NCBI GenBank assembly: GCA_964016885.1
Contig: OZ024740.1
Span: forward strand, 82,398,001-82,462,000
Direction: 5' to 3'
DNA: 64,000 nucleotides
From: Eledone cirrhosa
Taxonomy: Eukaryota
Position numbers and translations under genes: made by a program. Below the pieces are notes generated by a model. It was given only the letters and a program-made list of their open reading frames with translations. It ran no database searches and was not told the DNA's origin. The first letter of the stretch is position 1. The number at the start of each line of letters is the position of its first letter. This document shows positions 25,509-39,552 of this stretch, piece after piece.

Positions 25509-28500
25509 GGTTGGTGAAGCCACGCTTCTTATCGCCTCCAGTCCTTTTCAACGTTTTACCACTTTTTCAACCGTTCTAAACCTTTTATTCAAGCTTTAAA
25601 TTTGATAAAAGGTTACAAGAAGTGACCCACTTAATACAGGGGTTCACTAGTAAATAATACGGCACCCCTTTACGGGGTGTCGTATTGGTATTTGTGTAAA
25701 AATATTTTTTGAAAAATTTCAACATGGAAAACACAAAAAAGAGAGAGAGCGCTGTCAGACAACACAGAGAGAGGGAGATTTTATCAGCATGTTAACAAGA
25801 CAGCGTTCCAGCGGAGGTAAATATAAACGAAAATATTACAAGGAAAAAAAGATTGTTACAGATTTAAAATTAACAAATATTTCTAACACAAACAACACCA
25901 ACAATAACACCAACAACATTACAAACAACAACACCAAAAATAACAGCGGTCAATTCGAGAAGGACAATAACAAAAATAACAGCGGTAAGGTCGAGAACGA
26001 CAATAACAATGACAATAACAACAGCCACAATAACAATAATAGTAGGAACAGTATCAACAAAAACAACAATAATAACAACAGCTACAATAACGGTAACAGC
26101 AGCAACAGTATCAACGAAAACAACACCAACAACTGTACCAGCGAAAAGAACAACAATGACACCGATAACTGTAATAGCGACTTCAGCACCACCAGTAAGA
26201 CCAGTAGCGGCAGCAATAGTGGTGCTGCTGAAAAAGGGACCACTTCTTTTGCAGGTGTCGCCCGAAATATCGAGACAGTGTTAGTCACAGAGGAGGAGAT
26301 GGCAGTCGCAAGGGCCATGGTGACAAGAAGCGCAAATAGAGTTTCCCTGAAACCTCCACCCGATTTTTTCAAGGACCAGCAGCTACGAAAGGTGACTTAC
26401 CGCACCGTAAGCAAAATTTCACATCGAGTGGAAAGAGCCACGGAGGCTCAAATCCAAAAGGCCTTGGGGTGCGTCTGGGCACCCAAAACGCACATCACCC
26501 GAGGCAGAAAGTACGCCACAGTAGACGTACATCTCGCCACCCCAAGGAAGCAAAGTCTCACTCTTTGGAAACCCTAAAGAGTGAGGAGTTAGTCTTGGTG
26601 CCCTCCTACTGCGGGCAGAAAATTGTGAGGGTCAAAGTGACCCAGATCCCACCCGACGTGCCCATACCTTGGCTGGCCGCGTCTGTCCTTGCTGGAATTG
26701 AGAACAGGGCGACCATGCTGCAAGTAGAAAAAAAGGGAGAGAGAACTGGTCAGGTATAGGCATGCAAATGCTTATACAAACTGACCAGGAATGTATCGAG
26801 GCTATCCCCGATATCATAGACTTTGAGGAAGGACTCCAACTCCCTATAAGTGTAGAAGGAAGACGGCCAAAATGTTATCTCTGTGGGTCGAAAGGTCACC
26901 TCAGGGCCTTTTGCCTGCAGAAGACACCGAAGAGGGCCCCTCTCCTTCCAATACCTGGTCTGCTGCTACCAAGAGCAGGACAGGCAACACACGAAGAAGC
27001 CCCTTCCACGGTGAGTAGGAGGGCAACGTCCGTAGCACCCGTACCAAGGCCACGGATAGCTAAAACAGCATCATCAGTAGCGGCAACACCAATAGCTACA
27101 TTTGAAATAGCTACACCAGCAACAAAATTGCCGAAGAGAGCTCCACTACCACCACCAACAGCCGTGGAGCACATACCCCTCCCAGACGCCACAGAATCCG
27201 ACATGGAGTTTGAGGCGGGAGTGACGTGGCAAACATTCTACCACAAAAGACAAAAAAAAACAAAAAAACCCTTAGATTCACCCTCCAAAAGTGAAGGCAT
27301 ACAAAGAGGGGTAAAGGCAGCAAGGAAACTGGCAGCAACACCACCACAAACACCAACAACGCAAACACAACAAGACCACACACCAAACAGCAACAAGAAG
27401 AAAACGGTAACAAAATCACCCCTCCGACCAAAAAGTACACAGCCATAAACATAGCAAAAAAAGAACTCATAAAATATATAAAGCATCACACAGACATCAC
27501 GGAAAAAAACTACTACACCCCACCAACACCAAGAACTCTCCCGACAAACATAAGCGTCATCGAAATCTCAATAGAACAATACAAACCTTTAAAACAAAAA
27601 TTCCCCAACGCAGTTGGAAACTTCAGAGACACGTTTACCAAGAGGATATACACTGACATCCTCTTGGAAACACCCATGACCAGCGAAAGGGACGGTTCTA
27701 CTGTCCGTTCACCACACGAACAAGGTAAGTGACCCTTTCTCATTTGCCCCGTTTCTCATCCAACATGGCTGTACTCAGAATAGGCAGTATACATGCACGT
27801 GGCCTGGGGTCATCTTGGAAGCAGGATCACCTGCTCAATGACCTCAGGTAACTAAACATAGATGTGGTGGCCATCAGTGAAACCAGAATCTCCGAGGCAC
27901 GGGCCTTCGCATCGATCTTCGGCGGCTACGATGTATACGCATCTCCCAGCCGTCAAGGATCTAGGGGATGGATTACCGTCCTTTTTCGGAGAGGCTTGGA
28001 CCTCGCGATACGGGCCATCTTCCTGGACCCAGAAGGTAAGTCGGTGGTGCTGGACGTGACCGACAGCGAAGGCAATGCTTTCAGGCTAGTAGCCGTCTAC
28101 GCCCCAACAGGGGCAGGACGGCCAGATTTCTTCAGACGTCTAGAGACCTTTCTTGTAACGCGCCGCTCTTTAGTGTTAGTGGGCGACTGGAACGGTATCT
28201 TGGATGCACGCTGGGATCGTGTGGGGCTAGTGGATAGGGGAGGAGGATGCAAGAGCCTCACGAACCTGCTCAGTCGTTTTGAACTGTCTGACAGGTATCG
28301 AGTGGATCACCCAAATGTGCCAATGTGGACATGGACAAACCGCATCGGGTCATCCAGATCATATCTAGGGTATTCTGCAGAGAACTAGATAAGTTGTCCA
28401 TAATTTAAAATAGTCGAATACACAGACCAAAAATTTGTGAACTGTGAGATCGACATAGACAGACTTCATAGACAAGGGCCTGGTTACTGGAAGCTGAACG

Positions 28501-31455
28501 CGTCTTCCCGGGGCGCAAGGCCTACATAGACCGGATTAGCGTATTGATTAAGCGGACGTTGACGGGAGCGGTCGTCAACCACAGGTGGTGGTTCGCCCTG
28601 AAAATGGTAATTAAAGTAGAGTCGATTAGGTTTAGCAAAGGAGTAGTGATAGAGGAAAATAGAGTAGAGGGAGAGCTAGTCAGAAAGCTAGAAGAGGCGT
28701 TTAGGACAGGCATCGCAACCGACGTGCTTGCGGCGAGATTGGCACTCGACCAATTCTTCAACGCAAAACACGAAGGCTGCGTTGTCAGAGCTAGAGCGCG
28801 TGCTCTGAAACACGAGGGGACAAAAGCCGTCCAATGGGCCCGGGTCTCAGAGACGCGACGTGGCAATAAAGCCACAATTCGGTCTTTGTCTGACCAAAAC
28901 GGGTGCGGGATGCTCGAACCCGAGCGGATATGTGAAGCTTTTCAGCAGCACTTTGCTGAACTGTACAGGAGCGGCGACGGCCCGGATCGGGCGTGGATTT
29001 CAGTGCATACTTCGACGGTCTCCCTCGGCTCTCGACGTCCGAAGCACAGTGTTGCGAAAAGCCAATAACAGCCGGTGAAATACAGGAAGCGATGGCTAAC
29101 TGCACAAGAGGTAAATCGCCAGGTTTAGATGCTCTGCCCTACGAGCTTTATGCATTTATGCCAGACTTGTTCGGTGACCTCTTGGCAAACGTCTACTGCA
29201 ACTAGCAGCAGAACGGGAGCATTCCCAGTTTTGTGAGCCGGCGAGCAGTGACGCTGCTGAGAAAAGACCCGAACAAGGGGGATGCTATTGATAATTTCAG
29301 GCCCATAACACTGCTAAACGCAGAGTTCAAGATTTTGGCCAAGGTGTTAGCAACGAGGTTGGCGCTTGTCGTGAAGGGTCTTGTGGGAGAGGCGCAGACA
29401 TGCGCCATCCCGGACAGGTCCATACACGACAACCTCCACCTCATGCGATACATCATACAGAGGGTGGTTAAGGAACCTGGCAAGGATGGGGCCCTGATCA
29501 ACTTGGATCAATCCAAAGCATTCGATAGGGTCGACCATCGGTACTTGGCGGCGGTCCTCGAGGCAGCCGGTTTCGGGCCCGTTTTCAGGCGTTGGATCGC
29601 AGCAATGTACAGCGACATCTGCTCAGTTGTGAGGGTAAACGGTCACCTGTCGCAGCCGTTCAGCATCATGCGCTCAGTCCGCCAGGGTTGTCTCCTCTCG
29701 TCCCTCTTGTACATATTGGCTCTCGAGCCGTTACTGCACAAACTGGGGGCGATGAGGGGCGTCCCACGCGAACTAGGATGCGGGAAATCCGAATCGGCTT
29801 ACGCTGACGACGTCACCGTTGTGGTGTCGAGCACCAGACACGTCCAGATGCTCGACACCACTCTCAAGGAATACGAAACGTTGACAGGAGCAAAGATAAA
29901 CCAGGAAAAGTCGGTGGGCTTGCAGCTAGGCACCTGGAGAGGCAAGCCCATGCCGTCCGACAGCGTCGTGAGGCGTTGGACGGACGGACCGGTTAAATTG
30001 CTCGGGGTCTGGTTCGGACCGGACCTCTAGATGGAGAAAAACTGGAACGAGGTGACGAGCAGGGTGGCCTCCCTCACCTAGAAATGGGCAAAGAGGAAGC
30101 TGTCCCTGAAAGGCCGGGCGGAAGTGGCGCATGCGTACATCACATCTGTCATCTGCTACCGCCTCACCATAGTCCCTTGCTCCAGCCCAACTCTCACCAA
30201 AATGGAGCGCCTCCTCTTCCGCTTTTTGTGGAAGGGACGCGCTCCCATGGTCAGACGATCCATCTGCTGTCAACACCCGTTGCGTGGAGGACTGGGCATG
30301 CCATGGCTGATGATGTGCAAACATGCGCTGAGGCTGCGACATATTTGGTGCTTCCTTGATGGTGAACGGGTGTGGTCGCCGTTCGCCAGACACATTTTCC
30401 CACAGCTCGTCTCCTTGACGGAGCTGCAGTCCTGGGTCAGAAAAAGACCGAGGGATAGCGCTTGGAAATTGGAATGTCTCCAGGCGCTCACTGCCCTCTC
30501 CCCGTTGGGCACCAGTATCGGTGGAACATCCACCTCGGCGTTCTATAGAGGACTAGTGGAGGGAAAGAGCGACGACGTTCTCGAAGAGATCCTGGGCGTC
30601 GAAGAAGATCAGCTGCTTGCTCTCTTCCGGAGAACTTTCAGCCCGGGGCCTATGAATAACTTCCAAAAATCCCTGGCGTGGCAGTGCTACCGGGGAGCGC
30701 TACCGGTTCGAGATAAGCTCTACAAGCACGGAAGTGCCGTTAGCCGAGCCTGTCCGAGATGCGCGCATAGCGACGAAACCGTTGTGCACGCACTCGTTTA
30801 GTGCCCGAGCATTGCTGACGTGTGGAGCTATGTCGAACAGTTGCTGTCACGTGTGGGACTGATCCGGTTGTCGACTGAGTCCATTGTGCAGATGGTCTCG
30901 CCGTCTTCCTTTGAGGAGGAAGGGCAGGCGGTTTTCATCTGCCTGGTGGCCATGACGAAAGAGATTGTGTGGTGGACAAGGTTAAAAGGATTAAAGACAA
31001 ACACTTTCCTCTTCGGCGAATCCCTGATTAACTTTTTCAAGTTTCACTTGAAGAGGAAAATCAGGGTGGAGGGGCAAGTGCTGCTTTCTAGCAAGTTTGT
31101 TGAAAGGTGGGTGAATGTAGCGAGAATGGTCCGAGTAAACGAGACGACTCTGAATATATGTCTGTAGTTTGAGAGATGGAAACATCGAGAGAGGGCGCTT
31201 GCCCTGGTAGTCAGGGTGGCCGTGGTCTTTTGTGTGGTTTTCGCCACGAGTAACCCTCGGAGGTTTCCCCCCTATTGGGGAATTTTTCATTGTTTCAATT
31301 TTCATTTTATTGATTATATATATATATGTTTCATGTCTTTTTTCTTTTTTTATATAAATAATAAAAATATTTACACACACAAAACCCACATCGTACCGTC
31401 CTGTTCCGTCTGTGATGTTTTTCTTGATGTCAGCCATTGTGGCCAATAAAGAAAT
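25509..31455 (+). mobile_element. Tx1/L1-type LINE, near full length, with frameshifts and stops
   Basis: ORF1 25789-~27730 has an Asn-rich N-terminus and zinc knuckle CYLCGSKGHLRAFC. ORF2 from 27765 has APE (VAISET, VGDWN), RT (FRPITLLN, DQSKAFDRV, AYADD) and C-terminal CPRC..H, ending 31167. AATAAA at 31445 is followed by (ATT)n. Confidence 0.92.
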
Positions 31456-31489
31456 CATTACTATTATTATTATTGTTATTATTATAGTT

Positions 31490-34060
31490 CTTTGAGTCTC
31501 AGTCATTGATGTTATTTAACTGGAAAGTTTGTTGAAATTAATATCATGCCACTACCTGCAGCCTCAGATATTCAGGACGTAGAGGCTATAAACATCACTC
31601 CTCTTGTGGAACATGTTGTAGATAGTCAATAGCTTCCTAGTCTTCCTATCCATTTCCTTTTGTTCAGCAACATTCCATTTCAGAATACCAGCACTGTACC
31701 TAATGATAGACACAGCTCGGGAATTTACTGCTCTTGTGGCATTCCTACTGTTCAGATGTGATTTTAATACGCTCCTTAATCTCCGAATGTATTCAGTTCT
31801 TATCATTCCTTCATGTTTTTTGTTCTTGATGTCATCAGCCTCCAGAACACCCAAATACTTGTATCCTTCTTCAGTGTCAATTTCCTTTATCATCTCACCT
31901 GTTGGTAGCTGGATTCCGTTGCTTCTGCTCAATTCACCCCACTTCATCACTAGGACTCCACACTTACTAATACCAAATTGCATACATATATCATTGCTGA
32001 AAATACGGACAATGTCAACAAGCACATCCAATACCTTCTCACTCTTCCCGAAGTGCTTACGATCGTCCATGAAGAGGGGGTGATTGTTGGTAATCTCTCT
32101 CCTTTCTAACTGGTATCCTACTCTCACTATTCGCAGTATAATGGTCAGGGGAATGAGGGCAAGGGCAAACAACAGAGGAGACAAACTATCTCCCTGGAAG
32201 ATATCTCTCTTGATCTTCACGCCTCTCAAGGATTCTCCACCCGATGATAACTCTGTTTTCCAGGACTTCATAATTTTGCTCAACAACCGTCTGATGTTAT
32301 CTGCCACCTTGAAGATCTCTAGGCTTTTGGTTATCCAAGAATGAGGTACCATGTCGAATGCCTTGTTGTAGTCTATCCATCCCATGGCAAGACCAATGTG
32401 TCTCCTCTTGCAATTCCTCATTACCATCTTATCAATATGCAACTGGTCCTTTGTACCACGGGACTTATTTCGGCATCCTTTCTCTTTCTCCGGTAACAAG
32501 TTGTTTGTGTGGAGGTGATGGTAGATTTCCTCAGACACAATGCTTGTTAACAGTTTCCACATTACGGACAGACATGTGATAGGTCTATAGTTGGTAACAT
32601 CATTACCCTTGATTCGATCTTTCATTACCAGAACCGTGGTACCTTTTGTCAACCACTCTGGTAACTCACCTGATAACAAGCAGTCATTGAACATGGTCGT
32701 CAGTTTCGGGTGGAGGGTTGTTACATTTTTAATCCAATACCCCTGCACACCATCTGGGCCTGGTGATTTCCAGTTGGTTAGTTTTTTGGCCTGTCCCTTA
32801 AGAGTTTCAACTGTGATACTCAAATCCGGTTGTTGGTGTGCTTGTTCACTAATCTCCTTTTGTACTGTCTCAATGCACACTGCCTGATCATTATGTTTAA
32901 GATCCTGCTCCCATATTCCTCTCCAGAATGTCTTAGTTTGTTCCGCCTCAGGGATCAAGTCGTTGCCTCTTTCTTTCCCTTCAAACTGTCTAAACAACAT
33001 CTTCTGGTTGTTGTCAAACATGCGGTTCTGTCTATACTGACTGACACTGCTCTCGTATCGCCTAATCTTTGCACTTTTTGCTACAATGCGTTGCTTCAGT
33101 TCCTCTATGACAATATTTAGCTTTTTCCTCCTACTTTAATACTTTATTTCCCGTCTATTTTTAGTGTCTGTTTTGTAGTGTCCCATTCAGTCGGGACTCA
33201 AGCTTTCCAATGTCATTTCTCATTTCCCTGATTTGACCATTCAGTCGTTTCTTCCACCAAGGTTCTGAATTTTCTTGTTTGTTGTTTCCTCTCGTTTTTA
33301 TGCTAAGTAATTTCCTCACCGCATTTGCTGTTCCTTTGAGTATATTGTTGCTCTGGTGAAGGTCCCTCGCCTAAAGGTATGGGATGACTTTGTTTACCTT
33401 AAACGTTGTTTCTTTTAACTTTTTCCGGTCTACAAATCTTAGGTTCATAGGTTTCGAACTATTATTGTTCATTTCATCTACCACTAAGTTTACGATATCA
33501 ACCAAATCTTGTCCTAGCCCGTCAGCATTCATTTCCTCAATGGTCTTATATTTGTTCCAGGTATTATTTATTTCAGCATTCGGATCATTGTCTGCTTCGG
33601 ATACTTCCTCCGTTCTCTCAACCCCTTCACCTTCATTTCCCACTGGCTCGTTTGCCTGGCATACTCCACTCTCCATTTCCAACCTAATCTCTCTGCTCAG
33701 TTCCTCCAGTTCCAACTCGCTTATCCATCCATTAGTTCTTATTACCCGACCCTCCCCGTCCAATTTTTGTGCATCTAATTTAAATAGACCAATCTCGTTC
33801 CAGATGTTATGCATCCGTTTCCTATAGCCTTTTTCCTTGGGGTTACTCTTCAGGTAACATTCCATGACAGTTCTATTGAATTATTTCGTCCAGTTGGTTC
33901 TGGTCCCTTTCCTTCTTCTTATTCCTCCAACACCAGCAGTATTTGGATGACATCCAGGTCCCGCTGCTGGGCCAGGGAGCACCTGCTTGCTGAGAGTCTG
34001 TCACATGACATTCCAGTCTCCACTTCACCGTTATTAGAACTGATTAGGTTCGACATTTAA
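31490..34060 (-). mobile_element. R4/Dong-like LINE with N-terminus and RT but endonuclease deleted
   Basis: MECYLKSNP..GYRKRM (33371-33865). RT NWKSPGPD, YRPITCL, WIDYNKAFD, IFQGDSLSP, FMDD (31564-33021). The 3' UTR is shared with the 24540 and 39553 copies. Confidence 0.9.
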
Positions 34061-34094
34061 ACATTCATATCGAGGATTGGTGAATGTATGGTTA

Positions 34095-34148
34095 CATTAC
34101 CACCGGTGATTTCGTCACCCCCAGTGATTTCATCACCCCCGGTGATTT
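34095..34148. repeat. Three 18-bp tandem palindromic units
   Basis: CATTACCACCGGTGATTT / CGTCACCCCCAGTGATTT / CATCACCCCCGGTGATTT. Confidence 0.85.
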
Positions 34149-34416
34149 TAGCGTGGCACTATCACGCTGTAGACGAACGTAAATAAATAAACAAATAAAT
34201 AGGTAAAAACTTTAAAAAATAAACATAAGTTTTATTGCAATGTTTGAATGTCTGGCATAGTTATTTTTTATTTATTTTTTTTTTTTTATGTTTATTTCTT
34301 TATGTTTTTTGTTGCTGCTGTGCTGTTTTGATTTTAGGTTCATGGGAAATAGGGCTTTTGCGTTCAAAACTTTTGAAATTTGTTTCGACTTGTTGCTTAT
34401 CATTATTATTATTATC

Positions 34417-34620
34417 AGCCGAGGTTAATTTTGCCCTCCATCCCTACTGGTCGATAAAATAAAGTACTACCAATGCACTGGGTAAATGCTGGCCTTATGC
34501 CAAAAGTAGCAACAATTATTATTATTATTATATTATATGGGGTCGATAAAACAAAGCACCAGCAATGCGCTGGGCAATTGCCCCCCCCCCCCCCCCCCCC
34601 CCAAAAAAAAATTAGAAACA
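34417..34620 (+). mobile_element. Truncated SINE 3' fragments within (ATT)n
   Basis: GCCGAGGTTAATTTTGCC..GGTCGATAAAATAAAGTAC core, present twice. Confidence 0.75.
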
Positions 34621-35169
34621 ATTATTATTATTATATTATAGTTTAGATTTGACATCGTTTAAACTAAACACTTTGAGAGAGTTTTAGAGGTACAGCAGCA
34701 ATAATGGTTTTGGTGTTGTTGTTGCTTCTGACCGGGACACCAAATCAGTCTATTTATATCTTTTGATACCTTCCTCACTTAGTGGGAGTACTACTATCCC
34801 TCTGCGTTAACAGGATGTAGTGGGTGAGTATAGCGACGGTAGCGATAATGATGCAGTGGTGATGTGATAATATTACTGTAGTGATGGTGTTGAAGTAACC
34901 GTTGGTTTGGCTAAATTGTTTGTGTGGTAGTGGTGATGGTGGTGGCGGCGGTGGTGGTGTTGGTGATGAAATGTTTTGCCTATTGTTTGTAGCCATGTAG
35001 CCATTTTTCTTTATTGACAATATCATTTCTAATCCAAAATTAGATATTAAATATTGGGCCCTATCCCATATTGTGATGCGTTGTCACTTGCTGAGAGTCA
35101 AAACTGTAATCTTATGTTCCATTTGTAATAAGAATTATTCTATCACAATTGTTTTAAATACGTAAAAAT

Positions 35170-38100
35170 CAAAAACTTACGGGAGCGATTCCATAACACT
35201 CTATCCACCACGTGCGTATTACCAAAACAGGCACGCGCTCACCCTTTTCCCCCACGCCGTGCCCCGCAACTGGAGCAGACAAACAAACAAAGAACACAGT
35301 GGCAGAAGAGAAATCACCATACCCAACAACAAAAACACCATCTTTTCCACCACCCACAAAACCAATGGAAAGCATACCCATTCCTTATATAGCCAAATCG
35401 GACAAGGAGTGCGATGAGCCCGAAGAATGGAGAACTATTCCAACAATAAAAAGGAACAACTCGCTATCCTCACCCCACCCCACCCCCACCCCCCAAAAAG
35501 AGGAAGAAAGAACCTTAAAAAAAAAGAAAATTAAAACTAGCCCACCTCCTCCACCACCATCAACAACCACACCCCCACAACCACCTACACCATCACCACC
35601 AACACCACCACTACCGACACAACCACCGCCACCACCATCACCCTTACCATCTACCCCATCGTCACCTCCAACAACACGACAGCAAACACAGAAAACACCA
35701 ACACCCAAACAGCAGACACAATGCACAGCCATAGACACAGACAACACAAAGCTTTTAAATTACATTCAGCACCACACCAACATCACAGAAACAAACTACG
35801 TACAAACCACCAAAATTGCACCCCCAACACACACAAAAATAATAGAAATTACACCAAAAAATTACATAACATTAAAAAAAATGTTCCCCACATCAATTGG
35901 ACGCTACCGAGGGAACAACACCAAAATAATATTCACGGATATTCTCGTGGAGAAACACACCAATGGTCGGAGGGTTGGATCACCCACCACCTTCCTAAAG
36001 AAGTGCCACAGCTAATTTTTTTTACCTCTCCCCTCTCACTTGATTGTCTCCTATCCTAGCCAACATGGCTACTCTCAGAATAGGTAGCATAAATGTACGT
36101 GGCTTGGGGTTATCTTGGAAACATAGATGTGGTTGCCATCAGTGAGACCAGAATCTCCGAGGCACGGGCCTTCGCACAGATCTTCGACGGTCACGATGTG
36201 TACGAATCTCCCAGCAATCCTGGATCGGGGGTTGGAGTTGCTGTGCTTTTTCGGGGAGATTTGAATCTCGCCATACGGGCCATCTTCCTGGACCCAGAAG
36301 GTAAGTTGTTGGTTCTGGACGTGACTAGCGGAGACGGGCAAGCTTTGAGGCTAGTCTATGCCCCAACAGGAGCAGGGCGGCCTGATTTCTTCCGGCGTCT
36401 GGAGAAATTTCTTGGAACGTCCGCCTCTTTATTGTTAGTGGGTGACTGGAACGAGATCTTAAATGCACGCTGTGATTGTGTGGGATTAGCGGATAGGGGA
36501 GGAGGATGCAAGAGCCTCACCAACCTGCTCAGGCGTTTTCAACTGTATGACAGGTACAGATTGGATTTCCCGAATGGGCCAATGTAGACCTGGACACACC
36601 GTATCGGGTCATCCAGATCATATCTAGAGTATTTTGTAGGGAAATAGATAGGTCTAGCATAGGCTGGCCACAAATCAAGATAGTCACCTACATGGACCAC
36701 AAATTCTTGATCTGTGAGGTTGACTTAGATAGGCTTCATAGACAAGGACCCTGCTACTGGAAGCTAAACGCGTCATTACCAACGCGCAAAGACTACCGAG
36801 ACCGGATTAGCGAACTAGTTAAGCGGGCATTGACGTGGGTCATCGTCAACAACAAGTGGTGGTTTGCTCTGAAAAGAGCGATTAGAACAAAGTCCATTAG
36901 GTTTAGTAAGGCTTTAGCAATAGAGAAAAATAGAGCAGAGGGAGAACTAGTTAGAAAATTAGACGAAGCGCATAGCAAAGGCATCGCGACCGCGTTACTT
37001 GCGGCGAAATTGGCCCTTGAGCAATTCTTTAATGCAAAGCACGAAGACTAAGTTGTCAGAGCTAGTGTGCGTACTATTAGACACGAGGGGACGAAAGCCG
37101 TTCAATGGTTCAAGCGGCAGAGGCGCTTCGTGGCAACAATGCCACGATCCGGTGTTTGGTGGACCACGACAGGCGCATGCTACTCAATCCTGGGCAAATG
37201 TATGAAGCTTTTCAGCGGCAGTTCGCTCAGCAGCAGCGGGCCGGATCGAGGGATGGATTTTAGTGTCTACCTCGACGGACTGCCGTGGCTCTCGGCCACT
37301 GAGGCGGATTGTTGCGAAAAGCCGAAAACAGCAGCTGAAGTACGGGAGGCAATGACTGGTTGCACAAGGGGTAAATCGCCTGGCCAAGGTTGGCGCTTGT
37401 CGTTGGTCGTCTGGTAGGAGAGGCGCAGCATACGCCATTCCCGACAGATCCATCCACGACAACCTCCACCTGATGCGTTACATCGTGGAGCGGGTAGCTA
37501 GGGAACCTGGCACGGGTGGGTTCTTGATCAATTTAGATCAGTTGAAAGCTAACGATAAGCCGACCATCGTTATCTGGCGGCAGTCCTGAGGGCGGCTGGC
37601 TTTGGGCTCGTCTGTAGAAGCTAGATCGCTGCCATCCACAACGACATCTGCTCGGTGGTGAGAGTGAAAGGTCACCTTTCGGAACCGTTCAACATCATGC
37701 ACTCGGTCCGCCAAGGGTGTCCCTCTCGTCCCTCTTGTACGTATTGACTCTCGAGCAAATACTGCTCAAACTGGAGACTTGAGGGGGTCTCGCGCGAACT
37801 AGGATGCAGAAGATCTGTGTTAGCATGTTCGGGCGATGTCACTGTAGAGGTGTCGAACGCCAAACACATCGAGGTGATCGGCACTACACTAAGAGAATAC
37901 GAAGCCGTGACAGGAGCAATGATCAACCAGGAAAAGTCAGTGGGCCTGCAGCTCGGCACCTGGAGAGGAAGGTCCATGGCGTCCAACAGCGTCGTCGGGT
38001 GATGGACGGACGGACCGGTTAAATTGCTAGGGGTCTGGTTCGGTCGGGATCTCCAGACGGACACAAATATGGACGAGGTGACGAGCAGGTTGGCTTCTCT

Positions 38101-39427
38101 CATCCAGAAATGGGTGGAGAGGAAGCTATACCTGAAAGGTCGAGCGGAGGTGGCTAACGCGTACATCGCGTCCGTCATCTACTACTGTCTGAAGGTCGTG
38201 CCTTGTCCTAAGCCTGACTGAGCTCGAGCGTTTGCTCTTTCGCTATTTGTGGAAGGGACAAGCTCCGATGGTCAGGCGGTCCGTCTGCTGTCAACTACCG
38301 CTACGTGTAGCGCTGGGAATGCCGTGGCTAATGATGCGCAGACACGCGCTCAGGCTACGACATCTCCTCGACGGTGATCAGGTGTGATCGCCGTTTGCTA
38401 GGCGCGTCTTTCCCCAGCTCATCTCCTTGGCGGAGCTGCAGATCTGGATCAAGAGAAGACCGAGAGGCAGCGCTTGGAGACTGGAATGTGTTCAGGCGCT
38501 CACAGCCCTCGACCGATCTGGCAATGTGATCGGTGGAAACTCCACCTTGGCGTTCTATAGAGGATTAGTGAAGGGGAAGAGCGACGACGTACTTGGGGAA
38601 ACTTCAGGCGTCGACGAAAATCAATAGCCAATCTCTTCGGAAGAACTTTCGGGCCAGAGCCTATGGACAACTTCCAGAAATCCCTGGCCTGGCAGTGCTA
38701 CCAAGGATCTTTACCAGTTCGGGATAAACTATACAGGCATGGAGGTGCCGTCGGCCGGGCATGTCCGAGATGCGCGCAGGGCGACGAAACCGTCCTGCAC
38801 GCACTCGTCCAGAGTCCGAGCATTGCTGACTTGTGGGTTTATGTCGAACACCTGCTGTCACGTGTAGGACGGATCCAGCTATCAGCTGAGTCCATCGTGA
38901 GGATTGCCCCTCCCCCTTCCTTTAGCCGGGAAGGGCAGGCAGTTTTTATCTGTCTGGTGGCCATGGCGAAAGAGATAGTATGGTGGACGCGTCTGAAAGG
39001 GCGGAAGACGAGCACTTGCCTCTTCGGTGATGCCCTGATTAACTTTTTCCAATTTCATTTGAAAAGGAAAATCTGGGTAGAGAGGGAAATGCTCTCTTCC
39101 CAGCTTTTTGTTGAAAGATGGGTGACAGAGGCAAGAATGGCCCGAGGGAATGGATCTAGTCTAAATATGAGCCTGTAAATTGAAGGTGGAAAACTGGGAG
39201 CGAACAATTGCCCTGGTGGTCAGGGTCACCGTGGCTTTCTTTTAATGCGCTAACTCCCCGATGGCCCTCGGAAGTCTCTCCCCTATTTGGGAATTTTTCA
39301 TTGTTCATTTATTATATCCTCTTTTTTTTTTTCTACACGCAAAATGCCCGTTTGTATCGTCCTGTATTGTCCTGTACTATCCTTAATGTCTACTTTGTGT
39401 AAACCCTTGTGGTTAATAAAGAAAGCA
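35170..39427 (+). mobile_element. Second Tx1/L1 LINE, related subfamily, 5'-truncated and more decayed
   Basis: Pro/Thr-rich ORF1 end (35212-36015). ORF2 from 36065 is homologous to the 27765 copy (VAISETRISEARAF; MDNFQKSLAWQCY..CPRC). Internal deletion near 37383. Ends AATAAAGAAAGC plus (ATT)n. Confidence 0.9.
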
Positions 39428-39552
39428 TTATTATTATTATAGTTGCATTTATCTTCCTTTATGTTCTTACGAGTTATCACTAAGCCACAGCAAGTGACCT
39501 CAAGAGACAACAAGGTCCGTATTATTATTATTATTATCATTATTGTTGTTAT

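Noticed and set aside
34095-34140. Hammerhead-like GTGATGA..GAAA on the minus strand, and a CRISPR-like look
   Set aside because: G3 cannot pair with G8 and helix I is absent. The repeats have no spacers and the context is eukaryotic.
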